Assembly: GCF_004010195.1 (NCBI RefSeq)
Contig: NC_057753.1
Span: forward strand, 3,143,444 to 3,163,443
DNA length: 20,000 nt
Direction of reading: 5' to 3'
Source: Chiloscyllium plagiosum
Lineage: Eukaryota
Below, piece after piece: positions 1 to 10,700 of this stretch. Below the pieces are notes generated by a model, which did no database searches, had not been told where the DNA came from, and saw only the letters and a program-made list of their open reading frames with translations. Position 1 is the stretch's first letter; every line of letters begins with the position of its first letter. Made by a program: the position numbers and the translations under genes.

Positions 1-169
1 ACCTGCACATCTTTGGACTGTGGGAGGAAACCAGAGTACACAGAGAAAACCCACGCAGACACAGGGAGAATATGCAAACTCCACACAGACAGTCGCCAGA
101 GGTTGGAATTGAACCCGGGTCCCTGGCATTGTGAGGCAACAGTGCTAACCACTGAGCCACCATGCCACC
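1..169 (-). mobile_element. tRNA-derived SINE (HE1/V-SINE type), 5' half; continues beyond the left edge
   Basis: The reverse complement starts GGTGGCATGGTGGCTCAGTGGTTAGCAC (A box) ... CCCGGGTTCAATTCC (B box), followed by GAGTTTGCATATTCTCCC..TCTGCGTGGGTTTTC. It is homologous to the SINEs at 17863 and 18361. Confidence 0.92.
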
Positions 170-890
170 TGATGGTAGAGTCACTCAGCCCTGGATATCA
201 TCAACATGGCAATGCGAAAGGAGACATCCTTAATCTCAATGTGGCAAAAGATTTCAAACATGAGCATTGCTGGAAAAATACCAAGCCACCGACATGAGTG
301 TTAGAGCTTACTGACTATAGAAAGAGCTTTAACCATTTTTACAATCTTAAAAGCAACACAGCAGACGGAAACTACTCGTGCTGTCTGCGTGGAAATAGTT
401 ATCCATCCAAAAGAGTTTCAAGGGCACCCACACATGGGGAAAACTTAGAAATATGAGGATTGAGGTCAAGGTTTCAGATGCCCATCTTAGCTGGGAAAAA
501 GCTGTTTACCTGCACACTCCATCATCCCACATGCTGACACACCAGCAAGCTTACATGGACAAGAGATCCTTTACATGTCCAAACTGCAGGGAGTTCTATA
601 AAAGCTCGGAGGTACTGATGCTTCAGCAACACATTCACTCTGATGAAAGACCCTTTATGTGCTCTCAGTGTGGAACTAGGTTCAAGTGATTATTTGATCT
701 CACTGCACCAGCATGTTCACACTGGGGAGAGGCTGTTCTCCTGTCTGTGGGAAGAGATTTACCACCCAATTCAACCTACACACACATCAGCATCTATACT
801 CTGAACAAACGATACACATGCCCTGAGTGGGCAAAGGGACTCATTAAGTGAAATGATTCATTAATCTTCAGATACATTGGCAAATTCATT
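170..890 (+). pseudogene. Degenerate tandem C2H2 (Kruppel-type) zinc-finger exon, 5' part
   Basis: Frameshifted or stop-containing finger remnants: KSFNHFYNLK (~321-350), RSFTCPNCREFYKSSEVLMLQQHIHSDERPFMCSQCGTRFK* (564-689), HQHVHTGERLFSC (~706-744), YTCPEWAKG, and NLQIHWQIH (863-889). Confidence 0.88.
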
Positions 891-1029
891 ACAAGACTAT
901 AAGACATAGGAGTGGAAGTAAGGCCATTCGGCCCATCAAGTCCACTCCATTCAATCATGGCTGATGGGCATTTCAACACCACTGACCCGCACTCGCCCTA
1001 TATCCCTCAATTCCTTGCGAGGTTAAGAA

Positions 1030-3640
1030 TTTATCAATTTCTGCCTTGAAGACATTTAACGTCCCGGCCTCCACTGTGCTCTGTGGCAATGAATTCCACA
1101 GGCCCACCACTCTCTGGCTGAAGAAATGTTTCCTCATTTCCGTTCTAAATGGACCCCCTCTAATTCTAAGGCTGTGCCCACGGTCCTAGTCTCCCTGCCT
1201 GACGGAAACAATTTCTCAGCATCCACCCTTTCTAAGCCATGCATTATTGTGTAAGTTTCTATTAGATGTCCCCCTCAACCTTCTAAACTCTAATGAATAT
1301 AATCCCAGGATCCTCAGCTGTTCATCGTATGTTAAGCCGACCATTCCAGGGATCATCCGCGTGAATCTCCGCTGGAAACGCTCCAGTGCCAGTCTGTCCT
1401 TCCTCAGGTGTGAGGCCCAAAACTGGACACAGTATTCCAAACAGAGCCAAACTAGAGCTTTATGAGGTCTCAGTAGCACATCGCTGCTTTTACATTCCAA
1501 CCCTCTTGAGATAACATTACATTTGCTTTCTTAACCACAGACCCAACCTGCAAGACAACCTTTAGAGAATCCTGGACTAGCACTTCCAGATCCCTTTGTA
1601 CTTTGGCTTTATGAATTTTCTCACCGCTTAGAAAATAGTCTGTTCCTATATTCTTTTTTCCGAAGTGCAGGACCTCGCATTTGCTCACGTTGAATTTCAT
1701 CAGCCATTTCCTGGACCACTCTCCTAAACTGTCTAAATCTTTCTGCAGCCTCCCCACTTCCTCAGTACTACCTGCCTGTCCACCTAACTTCGTATCATCA
1801 GCGAACTTCGCCAGAATGCCCCCAGTCTCTTCATCCAGATCATTAATATATAAAGTGAACAGCTGCAGCCCCAACACTGAACCCTGCGGGACACCACTTT
1901 GTCACCGGCTGCCATTCCGAAAAAGAACCTTTTATCCCAACTCTCTGCCTTCTGTCAGACAGCCAATCCTCAATCCATGCCAGTAGCTCACCTTGAACAC
2001 CGTGGGCCCTCACCTTACTCAGCAGCGGGTTTCCCTGGTCTAACCAACTTGTTACCTCTTCAAAGAATTCTAACAGGTTTGTCAGGAACAACCTCCCCTT
2101 ACTAAATCCATGCTGACTTGTTCTAATCTGACCCTGCACTTCCAAGAATTTAGAAATCTCATCCTTAACAATGGATTCTAGAATTTCACTTACAACCGAG
2201 GTTAGACTAATCGGCCTATAATTTTCCATCTTTTGTTTTGATCCTTTCTTTAACAAGGGGGTTACAACAGCGATTTTCCAATCATCTGGGACTTTCCCTG
2301 ACTCCAGTGACTTTTGAAAGATTACAACCAATGCCTCCACTATTTCTTCAGCCACCTCCCACAGAACTCTAGGATGTAGCCCATCGAAGCCTGGAGATTT
2401 ACCAATTTTTAGCTTTTCTAGCACTTTCTCTTTTGTAATGGCTACCATACTTAACTCTGCCCCTTCACTCTCCTTAATTGTTGGGATATTACTCATGTCT
2501 TCTAGTGTGAAGACTGACACAAACATTCTTCAGCTATTTCCTTATCTCCCATCACAAGCCTTCCTGCATCAATTTGGAGTGGCCCAAATTCTATTTTTGC
2601 CTCTTGTTTATTTCTTATGTATTGAAAGAAACTTTTATTATCAATTCTAATATTACTGGCTTGCTTACCTTCATATTTGATCCTCTCCTTCCTTATTTCT
2701 CTCTTTCTTATCCTCTGTTTGTTTTTGTCGTCTTCCCAATCTTCTGATTTCCCAGTGCTCTTGGCCACTTTATTAGCTCTCTCTTTTTCTGTGATACATT
2801 TCCTGACTTCCTTTGTCAGCCATGGCTGTCTAATCCCACCCCCGGATAATCTTTCTTTTCTTTGGGAAGAACCTCTGTTACTGTGTCTTCAATTACACCC
2901 AAAAACTCCTGCCATTGTTGCTCTACTGTCTTCTCCACTAAGCATTGCTTCCAGCGACTTTCGTCAGTTCCTCTCTCATACCCCTGTAATTACCCTTATT
3001 TAACTGTAACACCATTACATCTGATGTTGCCTTCTCTCTTTCAAACTGCAGACTGAACTCTACCATATTATGGCCGCTGCCTCCTAAGTGTTCCCTTACT
3101 TTAAGCTCGTTTATAAAGTCTGGCTCATTACATAGCACTAAGTCCAGAATAGCCTGCTCCATCATAAGCTGTTCCAAAAAGCCATCTTGCAAGACTTGCA
3201 TGAATTCCCTTTCTTTGGATCCACCGGCAACATTACTCACACAGTCCACTTGCATATTGAAGTCCTCCATGATCACCGTGACTGTGTCTTTCTGACATGC
3301 TCTATCTATTTCCTGGTACATCGTGTGGCCCTGGTCCTCGGAGGTCTGCACACAAGTCCCATTGTGATTTTTTTGCCTTCGAGGCTCCTCAACTCCACCC
3401 ATCTGACCCTCTGTCATTTAGTGCCATAGATTAATTTCATTCTTAACTAACAAGGCAACCATGCCCCCTCTGCCCACCTCCCTGTCTTTTCGATGTTGTA
3501 AATCCTTGGATGTTTAACTGCCAGTCCTGAACCCCCTGCAACCACATCATAATCATTCACAATGATTTGTGCCGTTAATTCATCTGCTTTGCTCTGAATA
3601 CTATGAGCATTCAGGTAAAGCACCTTAATGCTAATTTTCT
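1030..3640 (-). pseudogene. CR1 ORF2 (APE endonuclease plus reverse transcriptase), disrupted; boundaries approximate
   Basis: ORF-track pieces 2938..3417, 2502..2768, 1843..2526, 1470..1877 and 1216..1500 are colinear CR1 ORF2 segments (KSPGFDGLHPRVL, PDDWKIAVVTPL, YINDLDE..FADDTKLGG, LEYCVQFW) separated by frameshifts and deletions. Confidence 0.92.
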
Positions 3641-3808
3641 TATCCTCATGATTTCCATCACCTCTAGTAGTATGTCCTCAGTTATCCTTCCTTTTTGTTT
3701 CATTCCTAGACTGCCTTGAACTGAAACCCTGCTCACATGCTAACCTGCTGCTTATCTTTCTACCTGATTCCATACTCTCTGTTGCTCTCCCTTTCCCTTC
3801 CCACCGAC

Positions 3809-4486
3809 TCACAAGTTTAAAGTCCTAGTGACCACCCTATTGACCCTTTTCACCAGAACGCTGGTTCCAGATCGGTTCAGGTGGAGGCCGTCCCATCACT
3901 ACAGATCTCCCTAGTTCCAAAACTGATGCCAATGTCCCATGAAATGGAATCCCTCCTTCTCACACCAATCTCTTAGCCACGTGTTTACTTCCCTAATTCT
4001 CTGTTCCCTATGCCAATTAGCACGTGGCTCAGCAGTAATCCAGAGATTGTGACCCTCGAGGACCTGTTCTTCGATTTTGTTCCTAGCGCTTGATAATCCC
4101 TAAACAGATAATCCCACAACAACTGGATCCTCTCCCTCCTGCTCCAATATCCTTTCGAGCCGGTCGGAGATGTCCTACATCCTGGCACCGGGCAGGCAAC
4201 ACACCATGAGGGACTCCCGATCCGGCTCACAAAGGAATACTATCTGTCCCCCTAATTATAGAATCCCCTACAACAACAACTTGTCTGTTTGCTCCCCTGT
4301 TGAATGGCCTTCTGCACCATGGTGCCGTGGTCAGCTGGCTCATCCTCCCCACAGCCCTTTCCCTCATCCATACGGGAAGCAAGAATCTCATATCTGTTAG
4401 ACAAGGTCAAGGGCTGAGGCTCCTCCACTCCTGAACTCAGAATCCCCCTACCTGCCTCACTTACAGTCACACCCTGTTGTTCCTGG
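3809..4486 (-). pseudogene. CR1 ORF1 C-terminal part with SGNH-hydrolase (esterase) domain
   Basis: Minus-strand translation gives LSNRYEIL, VVVVGDSIIRG (GDS at ~4260-4268), RMVCCLPGAR, WDGLHLNRSGTSVL (~3857-3895), and ends RVVTRTLNL* (stop at 3809-3811). Esterase ORF1s are established for CR1/L2 elements. Confidence 0.88.
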
Positions 4487-4725
4487 TTGTGGTGTGAGGG
4501 CGTTCACCTGCTCGAACTGAAGGAAGGGATTCACTTGCTTGTTCCACTTGCTGAGTTACCAGCGAGTTCACAAATGACTACGTCAGCTTATTTTTTGTTA
4601 ATCACAATCCAGACTGAACCATGTTCATTGGGCTCTCCTGCTAGTATTAATGAGGTTCAGCCCAATTTTACTGCCTAATATGCAGATGACAGTCAAACGA
4701 AATGTTTTGCTCTTTTTAGATACTG
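4487..4725 (+). pseudogene. Last zinc finger, stop codon and probable 3' UTR of the ZNF pseudogene begun at 170-890
   Basis: 4491-4577 translates GVRAFTCSN*RKGFTCLFHLLSYQRVHK*, a decayed GERPFTCxxCGKGFxxSSHLLRHQRVHK*. The UTR assignment is inference. Confidence 0.8.
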
Positions 4726-4749
4726 AACACAAGTTCATTACCTTTGAAG

Positions 4750-5614
4750 GGCTCTCTCCCCCTTCCCTTCCTCCTCCATTGCATCTCCACCAAAGAGCAC
4801 TATGTCAGGAGCTCATGCAGTTCCTTTATCACTAAAATGCAAACCATCAAATCAGCTCCCTCTTCTGCTTCCCTTTCCCTCACTGGGCCAAACTGTCTAA
4901 ATTTCCTTGTCGGAGCCCTAAGCTTGGACCATTCTTCAGTGTTTCTCTGATCTCCCTTGATGGACTCTCAGAGCTCACCATATCCACAAGTCTAACATCT
5001 GTGAGATCAAAACCACTCACTGAATTTTCAGCGGTCAGTATCCCATGCCGTAAATGGCGAAGTTTCCAGGAACAGTCACTCTCTCCTTTAAACTGCCATC
5101 ATCACCAGTCTTTAAACAAAATCTGTTCAACTCTTCTTTGCAAACAACTGTCTCATCTCCAACCTCCCTTTTTGTTTCCTTGAGAAATGTTTCGCCTGTA
5201 AAATCTATGCACCTCCTTTCCAGAACTCCACGTCTGAATGCATCCAAGCAGTTTTCAGTCCCTGCCGCTGTACCCAAGCGTCTGTTATCAAAAGCACAAA
5301 TTACATCCTCCGGGACGATTCAGCCAAAAGGCTGGCCACAGCATTACTCCCCCGTTCTGACAAACAGACATGTGGGACGCAAAATATTAGCAGTTTCTCT
5401 TTCCACACATGCTGAGTTTCTGCACCACTCTCTGCACTTCTTTCAGATTTCCAGCAGCCACAGTATTTTGCTTTCAATCATTCCAACATCTCGCCAGTGT
5501 CATCCAACCAAGTGGGCTGCTCTCTCCTGCTCCCATTCTTCTCTGCCTGATCGTAACACTGGCAATGTCTTCCCTTCCCCCTCAGTTTCCTCTGGTGTCC
5601 CTTCTTATTTGTTA
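4750..5614 (+). mobile_element. Ancient L2-type LINE ORF2 (RT) fragment, left part
   Basis: Frameshifted remnants ELMQF/FITKMQTIKSA, GTVTLSFK/TAIIT, ANNCLISNLPF (cf. NYRPISNLPF), QHLASVIQ, ALSCSHSSLPDR and VSSGVP follow the L2 RT motif order. Confidence 0.72.
5354..5474 (+). repeat. Short degenerate interspersed repeat inside the L2 fragment; resembles the Penelope-type terminal repeat common in cartilaginous fish
   Basis: GTTCTGACAAA...TTTCTCTTTCCACACATGCTGAGTTT...TTTCAGATTTCCAGCAGCCACAGTATTTTGCTTT interrupts the L2 reading. The family is recognised from memory only. Confidence 0.5.
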
Positions 5615-6010
5615 ACAGAACACAGGATGGACATAGGACAGATGTCAGAGGTAGTTTCTTTACTCAGAGAGTAGTAGGGGCATGGAACTTACTGCCTGCA
5701 ACAGGATTGGACTCGCCAACTTTACGGGCACTTAAATGGTCATTGGATAGACATCTGGATGAAAATGAAATAGTGTAGGATAGATGGGCTTCAGACTGGA
5801 TTCACAGGGCAGCCCAACATCGAGGGCCGAAGGGCCTGGACTGAGCTGTTATGTTTTATGTTCTAACACAGAACTGCACAGCACAGGAATGGGCTCTTCA
5901 GCCCACGATGTTGTGCTGAACATGATGCCAAATTAAACTAATCCCTTCTGCCTGTATTGTCCATCTCCCTCCATTTCTTGCATATTTATGTGCTTATTTA
6001 AAAGTTCCTC
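5615..6010 (-). mobile_element. CR1-a 3' end (tail at 5615-5625, body at 5872-6010); continues at 13377-13519
   Basis: ACAGAACACAG + AACTGCACAGCACAGGAATGGGCTCTTCAGCCCACGATGTTGTG is a reverse-strand CR1 terminus. The whole element is bounded by TGTTA at 5610-5614 and 13520-13524. Confidence 0.85.
5626..5864 (+). mobile_element. CR1-b, short 5'-truncated 3' fragment inserted into the CR1-a tail
   Basis: Encodes RTDVRGSFFTQRVVGAWN and ends GGGCCGAAGGGCCT...TATGTTTTATGTTCT. Flanked by AACACAG at 5619-5625 and 5865-5871. Confidence 0.9.
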
Positions 6011-6028
6011 GAGTTCAGCAGAGATTTA
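6011..6028 (+). mobile_element. CR1-c 5' stub (VQQRF); continues at 12936
   Basis: GAGTTCAGCAGAGATTTA joins CTCGGACGTTGCTG to give VQQRFTRTLL, matching CR1 'RVQRRFTRML'. ATTTA is duplicated at 6024-6028 and 12931-12935. Confidence 0.8.
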
Positions 6029-6049
6029 GAACATAGAAAAGTACAGCAC
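6029..6049 (-). mobile_element. CR1-d 3' tail stub (the L1 target site); continues at 12131
   Basis: GAACATAGAAAAGTACAGCAC continues seamlessly as AGAACAGGCCTTTTGGCCC at 12131. Confidence 0.88.
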
Positions 6050-6219
6050 GGGGTTCCAAGATGGCAGCGACCCAGCAAGTCTGAGTCTACAGTGCTCCTC
6101 CTAAGACTTGGGCAAAGTGGGTCACTCACCCCCAACATACTCACCAAATCATTTAAAATAGCTGTTTAATCTAATTAGTTGTTTAGTATTGAATTTAAAC
6201 AATTTAATCTTCAGTATAT
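6050..6219 (+). promoter_or_regulatory. L1 5' UTR / putative internal promoter with YY1 motif CAAGATGGC at 6057-6065
   Basis: The motif sits at +8..+16 of the element, like the YY1 site near the 5' end of mammalian L1. The UTR is only 170 bp. Confidence 0.65.
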
Positions 6220-7065
6220 ATGACTAAAGGGAAGGGAGCCCGCAGCTCTCAGCAAGCAGGAACCCCTCCCCCACCCTCTCCAGCTGCAGCAGAGGCGTCC
6301 GCAGCCGCCCCGGGGGATTTAACTACGGTGGCGAGCCTCGTGGAAATCATCTCCAAACTGGATACGAAGATCGACGCTTTTATTGAAGAATCCCGAAGTC
6401 AATGGGACTCACTCTCGGCCGCGCTGCAAAAGCACGACCAAGACATTAAGGAAACCGAGCGCCGAGTCGGAGGGGCAGAGCTAAAGGCCGCAACCTCCGA
6501 GACTACAGCGCAATCGGCCGTGGATCAGGTCCAGACTCTCGAACAGTGAGTCCGGACCTGAGAGAACCACACTGATGACCTCGATAATCGAGGTCGTCGA
6601 AAACATATTAATTTGCTGGGCCTTCCCGAACGGGAAGAAGGCGGCCAGCTTACAGCGTTTCTTGAACAGTGGCTGCCACAGCTTTTAAATCTGGAGGCTG
6701 GATCAGGCCAGGTAAGGGTGGAATGGGCAATATGCGGGCCTGGCTCGAACCAGCGTCGTCGCCCGGTCCTGTTCCGGCGGGAGACCTAGAAGGAGAGGCA
6801 GATACTCCTATAAGCCTCTAGAAATCTTGGAAAAAATCCCCAAGCCATGATCCATAAAGGTTCCAAGATCATGTTATTCCAAGACTTTTCCCCAGCTCTG
6901 GTCCGAAAGAGGAAGGCATTCAATGAGGCGAAGAAGTATTTAAGGGACTTAACTATTCAGTACTCCTTACGCTACCCAGCGACGCTACGCTTTAACCATG
7001 AAGGAACCGTGTATAACTTCGGATCGCCGGAAAAGGCTAAGGAATTTTTGGACCCTCTTACATAA
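6220..7065 (+). pseudogene. L1 ORF1p (coiled coil, RRM and CTD; Transposase_22 type), 282 codons in one frame with 4 internal stops
   Basis: Motifs DDLDNRGRRKHINLLGLPE and FQDFSPALVRKRKAF..YSLRYPATLR. Stops at 6547, 6559, 6787 and 6811. Confidence 0.93.
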
Positions 7066-7778
7066 GTTGTAAGAGATAATTTGATGTTGGTTTGCCTTCC
7101 CCCCCTTTTTCTTTTTTTAACCTTACTGTTTAATATTATCTTGGGGGGTGGGGAGAGGGATTTATTTATTTGTTCTGTACTTAACGATTTTCTCCCCCCC
7201 CCCTTGGTTTTTTTATTATTCTCTCTCNNNNNNNNNNNNNNNNNNNNNNNNNNNNNNNNNNNNNNNNNNNNNNNNNNNNNGTGGTTACCTTATTCTATTT
7301 TACCTCTGTCTCTAGGAGCGGGGTTGTTTTCCCTTGTTATTTTGTATTATTATATTTAATTATTACTCGTTGAGGTTGTAATTTTATAGTTATATATGTT
7401 TATACATGGTATTAACATTACCAAATATATCCAGGTGTTGGTGTGGGTGGGGGTAGGGGTAGGGTGCTCACTGTTAACTCTAGCTCTGTAGTATATTTGA
7501 ATTCACCTCATCCTATTGAGGAGCGCCTGGGTCAAGGGTGGGGCACTGGTTGGGAGAGGATAGGATGGACCTTTGGAAAGGAAGTGATACCCCCTGGGAA
7601 CAAGGGGGAAAATCTCCATTTAAATACGTTTTATTTTTTTTTATTTAGAAATAGTTTTTTATTAAACTGTTGTGAGTGTATTAGAGCCTTTATTTTTGTG
7701 AATTTTATATGCTCTACGCTCGGGATGTTCTGGATAGGGTTCCCCCTCCCGAGGGGTCTCGGATTTGCCCGGACGATT
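7066..7778 (+). other. Long (~710 bp) T/G-rich L1 inter-ORF spacer, including the N gap at 7228-7280
   Basis: Lies between the ORF1 stop (7063-7065) and the likely ORF2 ATG (7779, MVDQSGKCCIWNVKG). Contains T tracts and G runs. Confidence 0.8.
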
Positions 7779-10700
7779 ATGGTTGATCAGTCGGGTAAGT
7801 GCTGCATCTGGAATGTCAAGGGGAGTAATTCGCCAGTCAAAAGGAAGAAAATATTATCAAATCTTAAGAAAGAAAGGGTTGATATAGCTCTCCTACAGGA
7901 GACACACCTGTTGGATAAAGAACACTTGGAATTGCGACAGGGTGGATTTGATCAGGCCTTTTTTTCTTCTTTTAGCTGAAAAAGCAGGGGAGTTGTTATT
8001 CTTATTCGGAAGAATTTCCCTTTCAAAATCCTAAATCAGATAAAAGACGAATCTGGACGATATATTCTGATTAAAGCCCTTATAAATGGAGAGGAATATG
8101 GGATTTTAAATTTGTATTGCCTCCTGGCACATCCTTTTAAATTTATAACGGAAGCCTTCTCAAAATTGATGACTTTTGGTGCCAGTCATACAATTATAGG
8201 GGGAGACTTTAATTGGATTATGGATCCAGAAATAGATAGGATTCCCAAGAGTACTGCAGGGGTATCTCCCAGATCTAGGCAATTGGTGGATCTGAATAAA
8301 GAGTTAGGATTAGTAGATGTATGGTGATGTCTTCATCCACAGGGCAGAGAGTTTTCTTTTTACTCCAATCCACATAAATGTCATACCAGAATTGATGTGT
8401 GTTTTGCCCCCTTGATTTTTTAAAATTCCATATCATCCTGTAAAATAGGTAGTATAGCAATTTCTGACCACGCTGCTGTATATATGGAAATCAAGGCGAG
8501 GAACAATGGGACATCTCCTCGGCATTGGCGTATGGACCCCTTCCTGATGAAAGATAGTAAATTTGTAAAGTACTTCTCTCAAGAATTTAAAACTTTTTTA
8601 GAAATTAATTTAGGTACGGCTAGCAACCCATCAATGATGTGGGAGACCATCAAAGCTTACGCGCGAGGTTTGATCATCTCCTACTCAGCGACCCAGAAAA
8701 AATTAAAGGGAGAACAACAGCATCTGCTCGAAGCTCGCTTAAAAGCAGCTGAAACAGCATACACTGATAGACCTTCTACTATTAAATTGCAAAGGATTAC
8801 GGCTCTTAGGACAGCTCTAAACACTACGCTTACCCAAACGGCTAAGAGGGAAAGATTATTTACAAAACAAAGGTTATATGAATTTGGCGACAAACCAGGT
8901 AGATACTTAGCATTTCTTACAAAGAAAAAAAAAGGCCCCAAACTATCACGTCTATCAAGGAAAGTACGGGTATTTTGACTCATGATCATAAAAAGATTAA
9001 TGCAATCTTTAGAAAATTTTATTCTGATTTATATAAATCGCAGGATTGTGAAGACAGGACTAGGAGGATGCAATCATTTTTTAAAAANNNNNNNNNNNNN
9101 NNNNNNNNNNNNNNNNNNNNNNNNNNNNNNNNNNNNNNNNNNNNNNNNNNNNNNNNNNNNNNNNNNNNNNNNNNNNNNNNNNNNNNNNNNNNNNNNNNNN
9201 NNNNNNNNNNNNNNNNNNNNNNNNNNNNNNNNNNNNNNNNNNNNNNNNNNNNNNNNNNNNNNNNNNNNNNNNNNNNNNNNNNNNNNNNNNNNNNNNNNNN
9301 NNNNNNNNNNNNNNNNNNNNNNNNNNNNNNNNNNNNNNNNNNNNNNNNNNNNNNNNNNNNNNNNNNNNNNNNNNNNNNNNNNNNNNNNNNNNNNNNNNNN
9401 NNNNNNNNNNNNNNNNNNNNNNNNNNNNNNNNNNNNNNNNNNNNNNNNNNNNNNNNNNNNNNNNNNNNNNNNNNNNNNNNNNNNNNNNNNNNNNNNNNNN
9501 NNNNNNNNNNNNNNNNNNNNNNNNNNNNNNNNNNNNNNNNNNNNNNNNNNNNNNNNNNNNNNNNNNNNNNNNNNNNNNNNNNNNNNNNNNNNNNNNNNNN
9601 NNNNNNNNNNNNNNNNNNNNNNNNNNNNNNNNNNNNNNNNNNNNNNNNNNNNNNNNNNNNNNNNNNNNNNNNNNNNNNNNNNNNNNNNNNNNNNNNNNNN
9701 NNNNNNNNNNNNNNNNNNNNNNNNNNNNNNNNNNNNNNNNNNNNNNNNNNNNNNNNNNNNNNNNNNNNNNNNNNNNNNNNNNNNNNNNNNNNNNNNNNNN
9801 NNNNNNNNNNNNNNNNNNNNNNNNNNNNNNNNNNNNNNNNNNNNNNNNNNNNNNNNNNNNNNNNNNNNNNNNNNNNNNNNNNNNNNNNNNNNNNNNNNNN
9901 NNNNNNNNNNNNNNNNNNNNNNNNNNNNNNNNNNNNNNNATAGCTTCAGTGTGGGTAGTGGCTGCCGTCAGGGATGTCCCCTCTCGCCATTGTTATTCAC
10001 GCTAATAATTGAACCACTAGCAGATGCTATACGAGCTGATCCTAATATAGTGGCCCCAAGGATTGGTACAGGTAAACATAAAATTACCCTTTATGCAGAT
10101 GATGTTCTTCTATTCCTCAGTAACCCTTTGATGTCCATACCTCGCTTAATCCAAGTTATTAATACATTTAGTGCATTCTCAGGCTATAAAATTAATTTTT
10201 CAAAATCGGAGGCTATGCCAATGGGTGGCCTTGCTGTGATACCCCGCTTAGCGGACGGTTCCCTTTTTCCCTTTCGCTGGTCCCTGGGGGGTTTCTTATA
10301 TTTAGGCATTTTTATTACTCCAGTATTTGGTCAGTTGTATAAGGCTAATTTTGTGTATTTATTGGAAAGGATAAGGCAGGACCTCCAGCGGTGGGGAGAC
10401 CTGCCAATTTCCTGGTTGGGTAGAATAGCATTAATCAAAATGAATATCCTGCCCCGTCTCCTATATCCTATGAGAATGCTTCCGGTGATGCTGCCGAGGA
10501 CAGCTTTATGTAAATTATACGGCTGGCTGAGTTCCTTTATCTGGAACCATAGGCGGCCCCTCATTAAGCTGAAGAAGCTACAGCTTCCACAGGCAAGGGG
10601 TGGATTGGATTTCCCAGATTTTAGGAAATATCAATTAAGTTCCCTATTAAGTTATATAGCTGATTGGGTCTTGTCTGATCCACATTCAATCTGGTTGGAC

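Larger units (their letters stand above)
891..4486 (-). mobile_element. CR1-clade LINE (HER1-like), 5'-truncated within ORF1, ~3.6 kb, inactive
   Basis: 3' tail repeat TAAGACTATAAGACATAGG-like and a GGCCATTCGGCCC stem-loop at 893-933. RT motifs NYRPISLTSVV, QHGF and FADDTK. APE motifs VLYLNA, MEDFN and AILDLV. ORF1 esterase remnant. The flanks rejoin into a zinc-finger linker. Confidence 0.95.

Noticed and set aside
453..689. Functional small zinc-finger protein
   Set aside because: One finger lacks its first His, the next is cut by a stop, and the flanking fingers are frameshifted.
5054..5674. 206-aa ORF as a novel protein
   Set aside because: It is a chance open frame across a frameshifted L2 remnant, an inserted repeat and CR1 pieces.
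7081..7778. Extra ORFs in the L1 spacer (7081..7359 and the upstream extension of 7443..7979)
   Set aside because: They have non-ATG starts, low-complexity composition and an N gap; ORF2 homology begins only at about 7779.
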